Shown here piece by piece: positions 51,991-61,662 of a stretch of DNA of 64,000 bases (its first letter is position 1; every line of letters starts with the position of its first letter). The DNA lies in assembly GCA_017445245.1 (NCBI GenBank), contig JAFSUM010000012.1:10067-74066 (forward strand). The letters are read 5' to 3'. The notes under the pieces were generated by a model. The model saw only the letters and a program-made list of their open reading frames with translations, made no database searches and was not told the origin of the DNA. The position numbers and the translations under genes were made by a program. The stretch is from Bacilli bacterium (GTDB lineage Bacteria > Bacillota_I > Bacilli_A > RFN20 > CAG-826).

Positions 51991-54900
51991 CTGCGAGCCT
52001 CCTTTTCAGTCGATCGATATCGTCGTCGATGGTGTGATTATATAACCCAATACACAAGTCGAGGAACATGACCCGCTCCTTATTGGAAAGCGCTTTTGGA
52101 AGGTGGCGATACGCCTCTAATGCGTCTTTAGCTTCGATACCATGGTTTAACAAAGCAAAGAGCAAGCGCTCGCAAAGGCCTTTGCCCCCGTCTTGATAAA
52201 GGCGAAGCATCGAAGCGTAATCCCCGTTTTCAAGATAGAGGGCAACCTGCTCTTTCTCCCCCATCTCGCCACGGCTCGCCTTCAAATAGGCGACAGCCTT
52301 TTCGCGAGCTTCTGCCGCCTCGGGGCGACTTGAACGGGAATAATAGAACGCCGCGCGGTCATAACGTCCCAAACGGAATTGTTCGTCGCCACGCTTCTTC
52401 CAGTCGCCGATACGCATCTTCCCTTCGAAATAGCGATGGAGTTCGGACATATCCGCAAGAGAAACAAGGCCAGACAAAAGATTGCGACGAATAAGTTCGG
52501 AAGGATCCGATTCATAGACGATGATGCGATTCTCGGCGCGTGTCAAAGCGACGTAGAAGCGATTGAAAAGCATACGGTGGATGGTCGAACGATGTCCGAG
52601 TCTTTCCTCTCCTAGCATCCCGTCGAAAAGCTTCCGCGAATTGGAAAAGAAGTCGACGAGGACGACCGAATCCCATTGCATGCCCTTCGCATCTTCAACG
52701 GAAAGGAAGCGGGTTTCAACGAGGTTTTTGGCCTTTTTGCCGAATTCTTCGTGGCATTTTTCTAATAGAGTTGCGCTTGGAAAGATGAAGACGACATCGC
52801 GGTCGGTCTCCGCACAAGCCTCAACAAGTTCTTTTAACCGTTCTTTTCCTTGAACGAGAATCGGTAACAAATCCGCATCGTCTTCGCGAACGGAAATCTC
52901 TTCGTCATCGCCATATCGTCTCGTCCCAATGGCCTCCCGCTTCACGCGGTTAATGTCGTTGATGTAATGGACGAGGGCGGGGCCCGAACGATAGGAACTC
53001 CCAATGAGTTGTCTTTCAAACACTACCCCTTGGCCAAAGACCATTCGAAGCATGCGGTTCGCGTCATCGAAATCGAATAACGTCGGGTTGATGGCTTGGT
53101 TCTCGTCGCCATAGATGAATAGTGGCAGCGGATCGGCGGGTTTGATTTGGTTTAGGATCGCGATGAACTGTAGTTCGGTAAGGTCTTGGAATTCGTCGAC
53201 GATAATCGCGTCATAGGGCGCGCCTTTGGAACCGAGGGCCATGATTTGGGACGCAAGTTGGTTATCGGTGAAGCCATCCTCGCGTTCCAGTACCGCCTGG
53301 TAGGCTTTGCCGACCTCGTAGATGGTTTCTTTTTCCGCGTTAGAATAACCGCGTTCATCCCGCGTAAGTTCAAAGAAGCGTTCTTTGCTCATCAGGGCGC
53401 GAACGTTCGTCTTTCCAGGTTCGTAAACGCCGTCGATGACCCCACGATAGAACGTATAGCAAACCCGGAATTGGTCTTCCAAAGCGTCGCCAAAAGCCCG
53501 AAGCGGCCGTTTCATCGCATAGGTATGCTTTGCATAATGAAGGAACCAATCGCGGAAATGACGTTTGGTCTTCATCTTGTCTTTTGCCTCGGGACCTAGA
53601 ATCGAGCCGACCAGTCCGCGGAAGGTCATCGTCTCGACGTTGTCCGCATCCAAGAGTTCAAACTGGTGGGTGACCATATCGCATAGACGTTGTTGGTAAG
53701 TGAGGTAAAGGACGCGCTTCCCTTGCTTTCCCATCTCTAAGCCATGTCGGACCGAGAGCAGTGTTTTTCCTGTTCCGGCAGAGCCAAGGAAGGCCATCGG
53801 CATGCGCACCGCCGCTTCTCCCAATAAGCCAAACTGGTCAGAAGACATATGAGGCACATGTTCCAGCCCACCGTCTTCGCCTTCGGGGAGAAACTGTTGG
53901 TAAACGAAATCGCGATGTTCGAGGAAACGACCGTAACGGTTTTCTGCGAACTCGTATTGGTCATCGTGTTCTTCGTGAGGCGAAATACCAAGGAGTAGCA
54001 AACCATCCCCACTGACCGTGCCGGGCAAATCGTAGCCATAGCAATAAAACAAACGCGCCCCGGCATATTGAGGACTCGTCCCAAAACGGAATTTATAAAC
54101 GGTTACGGGGCCGCGATCAAAGATCTTCTTGCCATCGTTTCGTTTTAGGTAATCCACCAGTTCTTCTTCCGTGGTGGAAAGAAGGACGGCCAACGTATGC
54201 CTTAGGTCTTCGTCAAATAAACCGAAATAAGAATCGTGGAACGCTTCGCAGTCGCGCTGGAAGGAAGAGGTTGAGAAAACCTTCCTTCGCTGGATGAGTT
54301 TTTCGCGATGTTCCTCTACCGGAGGTTCTTCCTTTTCGATAACGGGGATAACCTTGGGTTCTGCTTTCGGTTTGATAACGGTCGGCGTTTCTTTTTTCGG
54401 TTCGATAGGCTTTGGCTTAACCGGAGGGATCTGGTAACGCTTAACCAGGTCAAACGTCGTCAAAGGCGAACCAGCAAGAGAGGCACCCGAGGTGAGGAAG
54501 GCAAAGACAGAACGGCTCTTTTTAGAAAACCGAATGACGAGACAGAAACGCGGATCGTCTTTCAAAGCGATCAATACGGATTGGATTTCGTCCTCGGGGC
54601 CAAGGGTTAAGACGAGGGGGTTCCACTTCTTAATATCGAATGTCCGAATTTCGGGAAGAGCATCGACATCATAATCGGGAAAGTCCGGGGTGAAGACGCA
54701 GAACTCACCGATATAAAGCGAGGTAAGGTTTTCCAGGGACTTTGCCACCTCTTGAAAACGCTCGACCACCTCGATCTTATATGGGGTATAGAAGAGGTTA
54801 AAGCAACCCTCAGGCTGCATCAACGTAAAGGCGCTCTTCGCGGACCAATGACGCAGATCTTTGGGCCTGCCTTTAGCAACGGGAGGCCGGTACGCCTCGA

Positions 54901-55729
54901 GTTTTGGAATGTTAACGACTTCGGGTTCTTCTTCCTTTTTAGGTTCGATTTCCTTGGGTTTTTCTTTGGAAATCGCATCGAGATTGCGAGGTTTTTTGGA
55001 AGAAGTCGGCACAAAAGAAGGTGGAATGACGGGTTCGGAATCCTTTGCTTGTTTCTTAGGCGTTTCGGAAAGAGAAGGCGCAGAGACAGGTTTCTTGATG
55101 CGGTAGTCACCAAGGTTTTTCGGCTTCTTGCTGCCGCCGGCTACGAAAGAAGGGCGCTCGACTTCAATCGCCCCGTCGGGTTCTTCGATGTCTTTTTGAG
55201 AATGTGTATCAAGATTCTTCGGCTTCTTTTTCTGATAGGCCGCGAAGGAGGGATGGACATAGCTCGTTTGCTTGCCCGCGTCTTTATGGGCCAAAATGTC
55301 ATCGATGCCTGAATCCCAAGGATAATCCTGACTGGCATAAAGCAGAGTAGGCCCCGACCATACCTCCCAGTCTTGGTAAATCGCGGCGATGATGCGGCCT
55401 CGGTCCAAGGCCAAGACGAATGCCCGTTCTGGGTCGCGCTTATTGCAGATAAACGCGGTCTGATGGGTTCCATATTGGTCGATTTCCGCGGCGATGAGAG
55501 TCCATTCATCCATGTCGAAATGGAGTCGTTCTTCCCTTTCGAAATCGGTCTCATGATGAGTGATGGGGAAAATGCTATTCTGCGAATTATAGGAAAAATC
55601 CAAACGCGAATAGGATTCGAGAATCTCGAGGATGAAATCGTAGTCCGCATTCCCGGCTTGGCTATTCTCGGGGTCGAAGAAAAGGAGGGATAAACCCTTG
55701 TTTACGCGGTCATAATAAACATAGGCCAT
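51983..55729 (-). CDS. Large SF1 (UvrD/Rep-like) helicase with duplicated N-terminal domain, repeat linker, RelE/ParE-like insert and TPR-like C-terminus
   Basis: 1248 aa with an AGGGGGA SD. Walker A GSAGTGKT (aa 649-656), motif II IIVDEFQDL (aa 842-850), YGDENQAI, and motif VI YVALTRAENRIIV. Confidence 0.8.
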   Translation of the reverse strand: MAYVYYDRVNKGLSLLFFDPENSQAGNADYDFILEILESYSRLDFSYNSQNSIFPITHHETDFEREERLHFDMDEWTLIAAEIDQYGTHQTAFICNKRDPERAFVLALDRGRIIAAIYQDWEVWSGPTLLYASQDYPWDSGIDDILAHKDAGKQTSYVHPSFAAYQKKKPKNLDTHSQKDIEEPDGAIEVERPSFVAGGSKKPKNLGDYRIKKPVSAPSLSETPKKQAKDSEPVIPPSFVPTSSKKPRNLDAISKEKPKEIEPKKEEEPEVVNIPKLEAYRPPVAKGRPKDLRHWSAKSAFTLMQPEGCFNLFYTPYKIEVVERFQEVAKSLENLTSLYIGEFCVFTPDFPDYDVDALPEIRTFDIKKWNPLVLTLGPEDEIQSVLIALKDDPRFCLVIRFSKKSRSVFAFLTSGASLAGSPLTTFDLVKRYQIPPVKPKPIEPKKETPTVIKPKAEPKVIPVIEKEEPPVEEHREKLIQRRKVFSTSSFQRDCEAFHDSYFGLFDEDLRHTLAVLLSTTEEELVDYLKRNDGKKIFDRGPVTVYKFRFGTSPQYAGARLFYCYGYDLPGTVSGDGLLLLGISPHEEHDDQYEFAENRYGRFLEHRDFVYQQFLPEGEDGGLEHVPHMSSDQFGLLGEAAVRMPMAFLGSAGTGKTLLSVRHGLEMGKQGKRVLYLTYQQRLCDMVTHQFELLDADNVETMTFRGLVGSILGPEAKDKMKTKRHFRDWFLHYAKHTYAMKRPLRAFGDALEDQFRVCYTFYRGVIDGVYEPGKTNVRALMSKERFFELTRDERGYSNAEKETIYEVGKAYQAVLEREDGFTDNQLASQIMALGSKGAPYDAIIVDEFQDLTELQFIAILNQIKPADPLPLFIYGDENQAINPTLFDFDDANRMLRMVFGQGVVFERQLIGSSYRSGPALVHYINDINRVKREAIGTRRYGDDEEISVREDDADLLPILVQGKERLKELVEACAETDRDVVFIFPSATLLEKCHEEFGKKAKNLVETRFLSVEDAKGMQWDSVVLVDFFSNSRKLFDGMLGEERLGHRSTIHRMLFNRFYVALTRAENRIIVYESDPSELIRRNLLSGLVSLADMSELHRYFEGKMRIGDWKKRGDEQFRLGRYDRAAFYYSRSSRPEAAEAREKAVAYLKASRGEMGEKEQVALYLENGDYASMLRLYQDGGKGLCERLLFALLNHGIEAKDALEAYRHLPKALSNKERVMFLDLCIGLYNHTIDDDIDRLKRRLADG

Positions 55730-55800
55730 ACGTTATCCCCCTTTATTGGTTTACTATTGTAAACGATAAAAAACTCCCTCGATAGACCCCCGAACAAGAA

Positions 55801-56346
55801 ATGAATCCCCGCCCTCACACCATCGTCAAAGCCAAAAAGGAAGACCTGTCGGACCTGTTCCGTTTTTTCGCTTTGTTAGAAGGTGAAACTACGCCAAGCG
55901 AGGAAGAACTCCTAACTGAAATCGACCGCGGCGGTTTCTATCTCCTAAAAAGCGGAACGAAAATCCAAGGGGTTGCCTCCATCTCCCACGACGTTATCGA
56001 AGCCTTCTACCCCGATAGCCATAGCTACCGCAAATCCGATGATTTATTAGAACGAATCGGCTATCGAGGAGAACCCCTATGTGTTTTGACGCGTTTTGCC
56101 ATATCTCCTCTATGCCGCCGCAAAGGCTTTGGAAGCGAATTTCTTCAAAGTCTATTAGCCCGTTACAAAGGGTCTACGTGGTTAACTGAAATAAGGCAAA
56201 ACGCGTTACATGCCCTACCGTTTTTCCAAAAGAATAACTTTTCCATCCTTGGAATCTATCCACCCATCGAAGGGCGGGAAAACGAATCGATCATCGTCTA
56301 CAAAACCTATAAGAAAGACGGACTTTGTTCCGCCTCTTGGTGGTAG
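55801..56346 (+). CDS. GNAT family N-acetyltransferase
   Basis: 181 aa. FAISPLCRRKGFGSEFL, and a C-terminal F..NNF. Confidence 0.65.
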   Translation: MNPRPHTIVKAKKEDLSDLFRFFALLEGETTPSEEELLTEIDRGGFYLLKSGTKIQGVASISHDVIEAFYPDSHSYRKSDDLLERIGYRGEPLCVLTRFAISPLCRRKGFGSEFLQSLLARYKGSTWLTEIRQNALHALPFFQKNNFSILGIYPPIEGRENESIIVYKTYKKDGLCSASWW

Positions 56347-56347
56347 T

Positions 56348-58075
56348 TTAAGCGAATTGGGCTCGATATAGTTCCGCGAAGAACCCGTTCTTTTCCATCA
56401 GTGTTTCGAAGGAGCCCTGTTCCACCACTTTGCCTTGGTCCATGACAAGGATCGTGTCGGCGTTACGAATCGTCGAAAGGCGATGGGCGACGACGATGCT
56501 CGTCTTGCCCTTCATCAACTCGTCGAAGGCCGAAGAAAGCTCCATCTCCGTCCGCAAGTCGATGTTGCTGGTCGCTTCGTCTAGGAAGACGATTTCAGGT
56601 TGCATCAAGATAATGCGGGCGACACAAAGCAATTGCTTTTGACCCGTCGATAATCCGGACGAGGAGGATATCGGTGTCTCATATCCTAACGGCATGAGAC
56701 GGATAAAATCGTCCGCGTGTGCCTTTTTCGCGGCCAGAACGATTTCCTCGTCGCTCGCGCCAGGTTTGCCGTATCCGATGTTTTCTTTGATCGTGCCGTG
56801 TTTCAGCCACGTCTCCTGCAGGACCATCCCAATATGGGATCGCAGGCTTTTCTTAGGGATTGATACGCCTTCTCGCCCGTTAAAGAAGAAGCCACCTTGT
56901 TGAGGGTCATAGAAACGCATCAAGAGGTTGATCGTCGTCGTTTTGCCGCACCCCGTCGTGCCAACCAGAGCAACCTTCTGCCCCCGTTTGATATCCAGTT
57001 CGAAACCATCAAGGACATTTCGCTTGCCATCGTAAGAGAAGACGATACCCTTCCCTTGGATGCGATTCACTTCTTCGACGAGTTCTTCGCTTCCATTATC
57101 AATATCCTTCGGCGCTTCGAGGACTTCGCGAATTCGATCCCAGGAAGTAAGGGCATAGAAAACATCCGTCGAGGCATCGGCAATCTCGTTAAACGGGGTC
57201 ATGTATTGGTAAGAATATGTCAAGAACGAGGAGAGCATGCCAACGGTGAACGCCACGCCCGTAAAGGCGAAAGATGATGGGAAGACAATAAGGCAGATGC
57301 CGAAAGCAATAACACAGGCGTAAATCGTATTATTGACCAAACGCGTCATCGGATTAATCCAGCTCGCGGCGAAGAGGGCGCGGAATGAAGAGAAGCGATA
57401 CTTGCTGTTGAGATCTGCGAACTCTTCCTTCTTCTTTCCCATCAAAGAATATGAACGCACGGCATCGCCGTTTCTTAATGTCTCTAGGGTCAAGGAGGAG
57501 ATCTTTCCTAAATCCGCGTTCTGCGCCTTGAAGTATTTGGCGTTATACCGCGAGATAAAGCGCGACACGACCACCGAAATCGGAGTCAAGACGATGACGA
57601 GCAATCCGAGCAACCAATGGATATAAAGCATGAAGACGAGGGTCGTCAGAACCTGAACCACGCCTTCGAACAAAGCGCCCGCGCCCATGATCAAACCGTT
57701 TTGCACGTTATCAACGTCATTGACCAGACGAAGCAACAAATCGCCATGATCATGCTGATCGATATAGGAAACCGGAACTTCGAGAAGGGCCTTATAACAA
57801 TCATCGCGCAACGCTTTGACGACGCGTTGGGAAAGGATGGCGAGGAGATAATCGAAGAGGTAACGGAAAACCGACCCCCCGACGATGCAGCCGCCCATGA
57901 TTATCAAAAGGGCGCTGACATCGAGGTCGCCCCCGCGGATTTTATCGATAGCCAAACCGGTCAAAAAGGGTATGGCAAGTTTGCAAATTGCGGAAATAAC
58001 CGCGCAAATAGAGGCTAAAACCAAGAACTTGCGCTCTTTCTTAACGTAAGGAAGGAATAATCTAAGGCGCTTCAT
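56348..58075 (-). CDS. ABC exporter, fused permease/ATPase (heterodimer partner B)
   Basis: ATG at 58075 (ATGA overlap with the upstream stop). Six TM helices, Walker A GTTGCGKTT, signature LSTGQKQ, and Walker B IVFLDEATS. Confidence 0.9.
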   Translation of the reverse strand: MKRLRLFLPYVKKERKFLVLASICAVISAICKLAIPFLTGLAIDKIRGGDLDVSALLIIMGGCIVGGSVFRYLFDYLLAILSQRVVKALRDDCYKALLEVPVSYIDQHDHGDLLLRLVNDVDNVQNGLIMGAGALFEGVVQVLTTLVFMLYIHWLLGLLVIVLTPISVVVSRFISRYNAKYFKAQNADLGKISSLTLETLRNGDAVRSYSLMGKKKEEFADLNSKYRFSSFRALFAASWINPMTRLVNNTIYACVIAFGICLIVFPSSFAFTGVAFTVGMLSSFLTYSYQYMTPFNEIADASTDVFYALTSWDRIREVLEAPKDIDNGSEELVEEVNRIQGKGIVFSYDGKRNVLDGFELDIKRGQKVALVGTTGCGKTTTINLLMRFYDPQQGGFFFNGREGVSIPKKSLRSHIGMVLQETWLKHGTIKENIGYGKPGASDEEIVLAAKKAHADDFIRLMPLGYETPISSSSGLSTGQKQLLCVARIILMQPEIVFLDEATSNIDLRTEMELSSAFDELMKGKTSIVVAHRLSTIRNADTILVMDQGKVVEQGSFETLMEKNGFFAELYRAQFA

Positions 58076-59793
58076 CGTTGATTCACCTGCGCTTCGTAAA
58101 TCTCGCGGTAGATCGGGCAAGATGCGAGCAGTTCCTCGTGTTTGCCCACGCCGACCACCTTTCCTTGATCTAAGACGTAAATACGGTCGCAGCTCTTCAC
58201 GGAAGTCGCCCGTTGCGATACCAAAAGCATCGTGTTGCCGCGACGTTCGATATTTTGTCTCACCGCCAAATCGCTTTTGTAATCCAAAGCGGATGTAGCG
58301 TCGTCGAGAATCAAGACTTCACGCCCGCTTAGCAAGGCACGCGCAATAAGGAGGCGTTGCTTCTGGCCGCCACTGAAATTGGCACCGCCCTCATCGACTC
58401 TGCTTTCTAGCCCTGCTTCTTTGCCGCGAACGACACCATCGGCCAACGCGTCTTTTAACGCGGCATCGATTTCTCCTTCGGAACATTCCTTTCCTAACGT
58501 CAGATTCTCGCGGATCGTCCCTTGGAATAACTGGGGTTTCTGGGAGACGAAGGCGCAGACGGAACGGAGAGAATCCAAATCGTATTCTCTAATGGGGTGA
58601 CCTTCGAAAAACACTTCGCCACGCTGTGTATCCAAAAAGCGAAGCAGCAACGAAATAAGAGTCGATTTACCCGAACCCGTTCCACCGATAACTCCGACTT
58701 TTTCTCCTTTGTTTAGCTGGAAGTCGACTTGACTTAAGGCATCGTTTTCGCCACCGAAATTGACACATGCCCCACGCAATTCAAATAGACAATCTCCTTT
58801 CGCGGCGCTTTCAATAAGCCGATCGCCCCCGACGATATCAGGCTCGATGGCGAAGAAAGAATTGATTCGGGTATTGGCTTCATAGGCCTTTGAGAGGGAC
58901 GTGAGCAGCCTCGTAAATTGAATCAAAGCATTTAACGACTGGGTCAAGAAAGAAACCAAGGCCACGATCGAACCGACCGATATGCCTGTAGTCGCTTTGG
59001 CAAACGAGCCAAGGTAAATGACCAAGACGACTGCGAGGTTTACGAATCCAAATGTCAAAGGATTGACCAGGGCATTGATTCTAGCGACGCGGATCCCCTG
59101 TTTCTTGCAAGAGGAACTTCCTTCGGCAAAAAGCTCTTTGGATTCCTCTTCGCGGTTAAATGCGCGAACAACGCGCGAACCAAGAATCGCATCGTCTCCC
59201 ATCCTATTAAGAGAGTCGAGTTCGTCGGTCAACGCCTTGTAACGCTTTGGCGTGACTTTAGTCACGAAGAGAATGACCATCGCGCACAAAAAGAGCAGAC
59301 CCGCGACGGCCAAACCCGCATAGACGTTGACGATAAACGCAGCGATAACCGACCCGATGACGAGCATCGGAGCACGTACGAGCAGACGCATAAACATCTG
59401 CACGCCCGACTGCAAGGCAAAGGAAGACGAATTCACAAGGTTCATGACCTTGCTGGTTCCGTAATCCTCCAACTGCTTCTGACTAAGTTTGCCGATGTGG
59501 TCGAAAAGGTTTTGCTTCAGCTCATAGGAAAAGCGCGTTGTCGTAATTGAGGAAACGTATTGGGTAACCATCGTCGCGGCAAAGCCGAGCACGGATAATC
59601 CAAATACCGCAGCACATAGCCCGAAGATAAAACCGTTGTTCCCAAAATAGACTCCGCCTTGGGTAAGACCTTCATCGATTATGGCACGCACGATAAAAGG
59701 GATCGCCAACTCGCAAAGGCATTCCACCCCCTTTAGCATCGGGGCGAGAATGACCCGAAAGCGATATTTCTTTAGCGGGGTGAGGGCGCGCAT
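58072..59793 (-). CDS. ABC exporter, fused permease/ATPase (heterodimer partner A)
   Basis: 573 aa. Walker A GGTGSGKST, signature FSGGQKQ, and Walker B VLILDDATS. Confidence 0.9.
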   Translation of the reverse strand: MRALTPLKKYRFRVILAPMLKGVECLCELAIPFIVRAIIDEGLTQGGVYFGNNGFIFGLCAAVFGLSVLGFAATMVTQYVSSITTTRFSYELKQNLFDHIGKLSQKQLEDYGTSKVMNLVNSSSFALQSGVQMFMRLLVRAPMLVIGSVIAAFIVNVYAGLAVAGLLFLCAMVILFVTKVTPKRYKALTDELDSLNRMGDDAILGSRVVRAFNREEESKELFAEGSSSCKKQGIRVARINALVNPLTFGFVNLAVVLVIYLGSFAKATTGISVGSIVALVSFLTQSLNALIQFTRLLTSLSKAYEANTRINSFFAIEPDIVGGDRLIESAAKGDCLFELRGACVNFGGENDALSQVDFQLNKGEKVGVIGGTGSGKSTLISLLLRFLDTQRGEVFFEGHPIREYDLDSLRSVCAFVSQKPQLFQGTIRENLTLGKECSEGEIDAALKDALADGVVRGKEAGLESRVDEGGANFSGGQKQRLLIARALLSGREVLILDDATSALDYKSDLAVRQNIERRGNTMLLVSQRATSVKSCDRIYVLDQGKVVGVGKHEELLASCPIYREIYEAQVNQR

Positions 59794-59796
59794 CGT

Positions 59797-61140
59797 TTAT
59801 TTGTTTTCTACAGGTGGAAAGAAAACGGAGAGGACCACGCGTTCCCCATCGTTACTGTCATGGTGGATAAAACGAATCTCGTCGGCTCCGACAAAGCAGA
59901 TTTCCTCGAAACGAAGGTCATCGCACCCCTGCTCGTATTTGACGTTTTGAAAGGTCCAACTCATGTGATTGACGGCCGTGATCTTTCCATTTCCTTGGTC
60001 AATGACAATTAACGAAACATCCGAATCCAAATCGAAATAGAGATTCCCGTCTTCATAGACGATATTGGAAATCTCCTTTTTGGAAATGTCGTCGCATTGG
60101 TCCCAGAAAGAATCGATAAAGGTATCGGCATCGAAGACGATGTTTTTCGCTTTTTCCGGCGCATTGGCAGGCGAGAGCTCCTCTAGGTGATCCGCCACAT
60201 CCTTTTCAAAGAGAAAGGCCGGATCATCAGGATATTTCTGAGCCCTTGTTTCGCAACAAAGAATGGCAATCAGATAGTAACGAAGCGCGCGGTCCTTATC
60301 CTCTTTCGTGCCATACCCGGAATAGAAACAGGAGGCGAGGACGTAAGCCATCTTCCCGAATTCTTCCAAAGGAAAAGAATCGCGAATCGCCGTGGGATAG
60401 ACTTCGTCGAAGATTTGGAGGAGGCATTCGAAACCGAATTGCTCGTCACGCTTGACATAATCACCGAATAGATAGGCGAATGCGATGGCGATGGAGGCTT
60501 TGGTGGAACCCAAAGCAGCCGACTTCGAATAGGATTCAAAGGCAAGGCGCTTGTCCCCTTGTGCACCACGGGCGGCATAGCAATTGCCAAGTTCGTATAG
60601 AGCGTTCGAACTCGTACGCAGGGAGGGATGGCGGTAAAGAGTGATCGCCTGGGCCAAATCCGCGTCATGGAACTTGCCCGAACGTGCATAATGACGAGCC
60701 AAAGAGAGCGTCGCGAACGCATCGTTTTCGCTGCGACTCAAAATATCGAGATAGGTGACGTAATTGCATTCGGTATGCTCGTTGCGCGGCAAGGCCCCGT
60801 CTTGGAACAAAACGCAATAACGACGTCGGGACTCGGCGACATAATCTGGATAATCGATTAGAAAGCGATAAGCAAGGGACTTGAACTCTTTCGAGTGGAG
60901 GTCGATGCCTTCGTTATCACAGATAATCGCGCTGGACCCGCAATCTGGGCAGAGGGCGTGAAGGCCGTTATCGCCTTTGTCCCATTGGTTGATATCACGG
61001 GCAGAGTAAACCGATCCGCAGACAAGACATCCGCATTCTTTCGCGGAGAGTACGTCGAATTCGTCGACCCCATTACGGTGGGCGACTTTTTCTAGAAGGG
61101 CTTCATGTCGTTTGTTGGCCATCGCGGCTAATCTTACCAT
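59797..61140 (-). CDS. Sel1/TPR-like repeat protein with N-terminal Cys4 zinc-ribbon-like motif and unknown C-terminal domain
   Basis: The ATG at 61140 gives MVRLAAMANKRHE. CGCLVCGS...CPDCGS is present. Sel1-like repeats include LARHYARSGK..DLAQAITLY and YELGNCYAARG. The stop lies 3 nt from the ABC gene start. Confidence 0.6.
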   Translation of the reverse strand: MVRLAAMANKRHEALLEKVAHRNGVDEFDVLSAKECGCLVCGSVYSARDINQWDKGDNGLHALCPDCGSSAIICDNEGIDLHSKEFKSLAYRFLIDYPDYVAESRRRYCVLFQDGALPRNEHTECNYVTYLDILSRSENDAFATLSLARHYARSGKFHDADLAQAITLYRHPSLRTSSNALYELGNCYAARGAQGDKRLAFESYSKSAALGSTKASIAIAFAYLFGDYVKRDEQFGFECLLQIFDEVYPTAIRDSFPLEEFGKMAYVLASCFYSGYGTKEDKDRALRYYLIAILCCETRAQKYPDDPAFLFEKDVADHLEELSPANAPEKAKNIVFDADTFIDSFWDQCDDISKKEISNIVYEDGNLYFDLDSDVSLIVIDQGNGKITAVNHMSWTFQNVKYEQGCDDLRFEEICFVGADEIRFIHHDSNDGERVVLSVFFPPVENK

Positions 61141-61475
61141 AACTTCCGTATCCTCGCGCCCATTTTGCGCACCTGCGCATAGAAAAAGGGCCAAAATTCA
61201 GCGCAAAAAGACGCGAAAATGGCGCAAAACCTAGTTTAAATCGCGGAAGAAGACGGTGCGGCTTTCCTTGTGGGCGACAAGGCTAATTCCTAGAGGAGCA
61301 AAGGCCAAAGGCGCTACCGATTTAATGAGATGGAATGTGAGGATAATCGTCTGTTCCTCGGTATAGAATTCCATCGCGAATTGAATCGGAACAAGGACAA
61401 TCATCGCGCATAGGCCCGCAATGACAAACGCACGCTATAGACGCGGGTTACGCGAGAAAACGAGCGTGAAAAAAA

Positions 61476-61521
61476 GGAAATAAAGAAACGCCCCGAGGAA
61501 CGAACCTCGGAGCGTCTTTTT
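61476..61521. terminator. Hairpin with flanking A/T runs downstream of tRNA-Ser
   Basis: CCGAGG-AACGAA-CCTCGG, followed by T-rich tracts on both strands. Confidence 0.45.
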
Positions 61522-61526
61522 CTAAG

Positions 61527-61617
61527 TGGCGGAGACAGAGGGATTTGAACCCTCGCTGGCCTTGCGACCACTAACGGTTTAGCAAACCGTCCCCTTCGGC
61601 CTCTTGGGTATGTCTCC
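61527..61617 (-). tRNA. trnS: tRNA-Ser (anticodon GCU), long variable arm
   Basis: Reverse complement is GGAGACATACCCAAGAGGCCGAAGGGGACGGTTTGCTAAACCGT..variable arm..GGGTTCAAATCCCTCTGTCTCCGCCA. Length 91 nt. Confidence 0.9.
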
Positions 61618-61662
61618 AGCGCGCCTTAATATACTACAAAGGCGCTCGATAAACTACTACTT

